Below are positions 55,797 through 56,086 of a DNA stretch of 56,086 bases, one piece after another. Position 1 is the first letter of the stretch; each line of letters opens with the position of its first letter. The DNA comes from a virus. Lineage: Duplodnaviria > Caudoviricetes. The notes under the pieces are model-generated. The model was given only the letters and a program-made list of their open reading frames with translations. It had not been told where the DNA came from and did no database searches. Location of the stretch: positions 1 to 56,086 of IMG/VR virus record IMGVR_UViG_3300020420_000003; one strand, written 5' to 3'. Both the position numbers and the translations under genes were made by a program.

Positions 55797-55856
55797 TGGC
55801 GGCATACAGGAATTGAGTGAGGGTTTTTGATTGTTTTCCCTCACTCGCACCCGGGG

Positions 55857-55890
55857 AATGGGCGAGCCTGATCAGCTCGCCCATTTTTTT
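55857..55890 (+). terminator. Intrinsic terminator
   Basis: AATGGGCGAGC-CTGATCA-GCTCGCCCATT then T run. Confidence 0.9.
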
Positions 55891-55975
55891 ACCGGGCTGC
55901 CCGGGCGGATCTGCTGGGACCGCTGCCCGGGGATCAGGCGCAAGGCGCAGGGCGGGACTAGGCGCAAGGCGCAAG
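55891..55975 (+). repeat. GC-rich repeat island C
   Basis: CCGG/GCTGC/GATC words then GGCGCAA GGCGCAG and GGCGCAA GGCGCAA before a promoter. Confidence 0.85.
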
Positions 55976-55982
55976 AAAGTGT

Positions 55983-56011
55983 TTGACATATCCATTGGAA
56001 TAGTGTCTACT
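55983..56011 (+). promoter_or_regulatory. Early promoter, near-duplicate of the one at 55269
   Basis: TTGACATATCCATTGGAATAGT identical at 55269 and 55983. Confidence 0.8.
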
Positions 56012-56086
56012 GAAGATGCTTAACCAAAGAGGAGATTTAAAATGGATAAAGCGATTTTGATAGACCCATTCAATAAGGTTATTGAA
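56010..56086. repeat. Terminal direct repeat, copy 2
   Basis: Identical to 1-77. Confidence 0.95.

Noticed and set aside
56010-56086. 77-bp terminal repeat as a biological DTR
   Set aside because: Length matches a standard assembler k-mer and it cuts through a gene start; it shows circular closure only
1-56086. tRNA genes, integrase/att site, introns or inteins, alternative genetic code
   Set aside because: None recognised by eye; core genes are intact and of ordinary length in the standard code. tRNAscan and HMM searches were not run

Overview
The window is a complete, circularly closing genome of a tailed dsDNA phage. Bases 56010-56086 repeat bases 1-77 exactly, so the unique length is 56,009 bp. 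The tail is probably short (P22/T7-like): portal, adaptors, nozzle and ejection proteins are present and no tape measure or sheath is seen. Gene order, from memory, resembles marine HTVC023P-type/uvMED podophages; I could not confirm this by search. Layout: (i) an early anti-defence region crossing the assembly junction (about 54.5 kb to 1.4 kb), built from promoter-gene-terminator cassettes separated by strand-polarised GC-rich repeat islands and including an Ocr-like DNA mimic; (ii) small terminase and a Holliday-junction-type nuclease, then an iteron-like CTGTTACAC array; (iii) small early/middle genes including two ribbon-helix-helix regulators; (iv) a replication module (SNF2 helicase, SSB, AEP primase, UvrD helicase, Leu762-type family A polymerase, two 2OG-Fe(II) oxygenases); (v) a roughly 39 kb minus-strand late region (TerL, a 1355-aa GNAT-bearing protein, portal, holins, GroES, scaffold, major capsid, small basic proteins, tail/fibre genes, a Gly-X-Y fibre flanked by Coq4-like, hydroxylase, DUF6065-like and glutaredoxin-like genes, ejection proteins, M15 endolysin). 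I saw no integrase, tRNA, CRISPR array or DNA methyltransferase. All product calls come from motif recognition by eye. Several start codons were adjusted from the ORF track using RBS and gene overlap.
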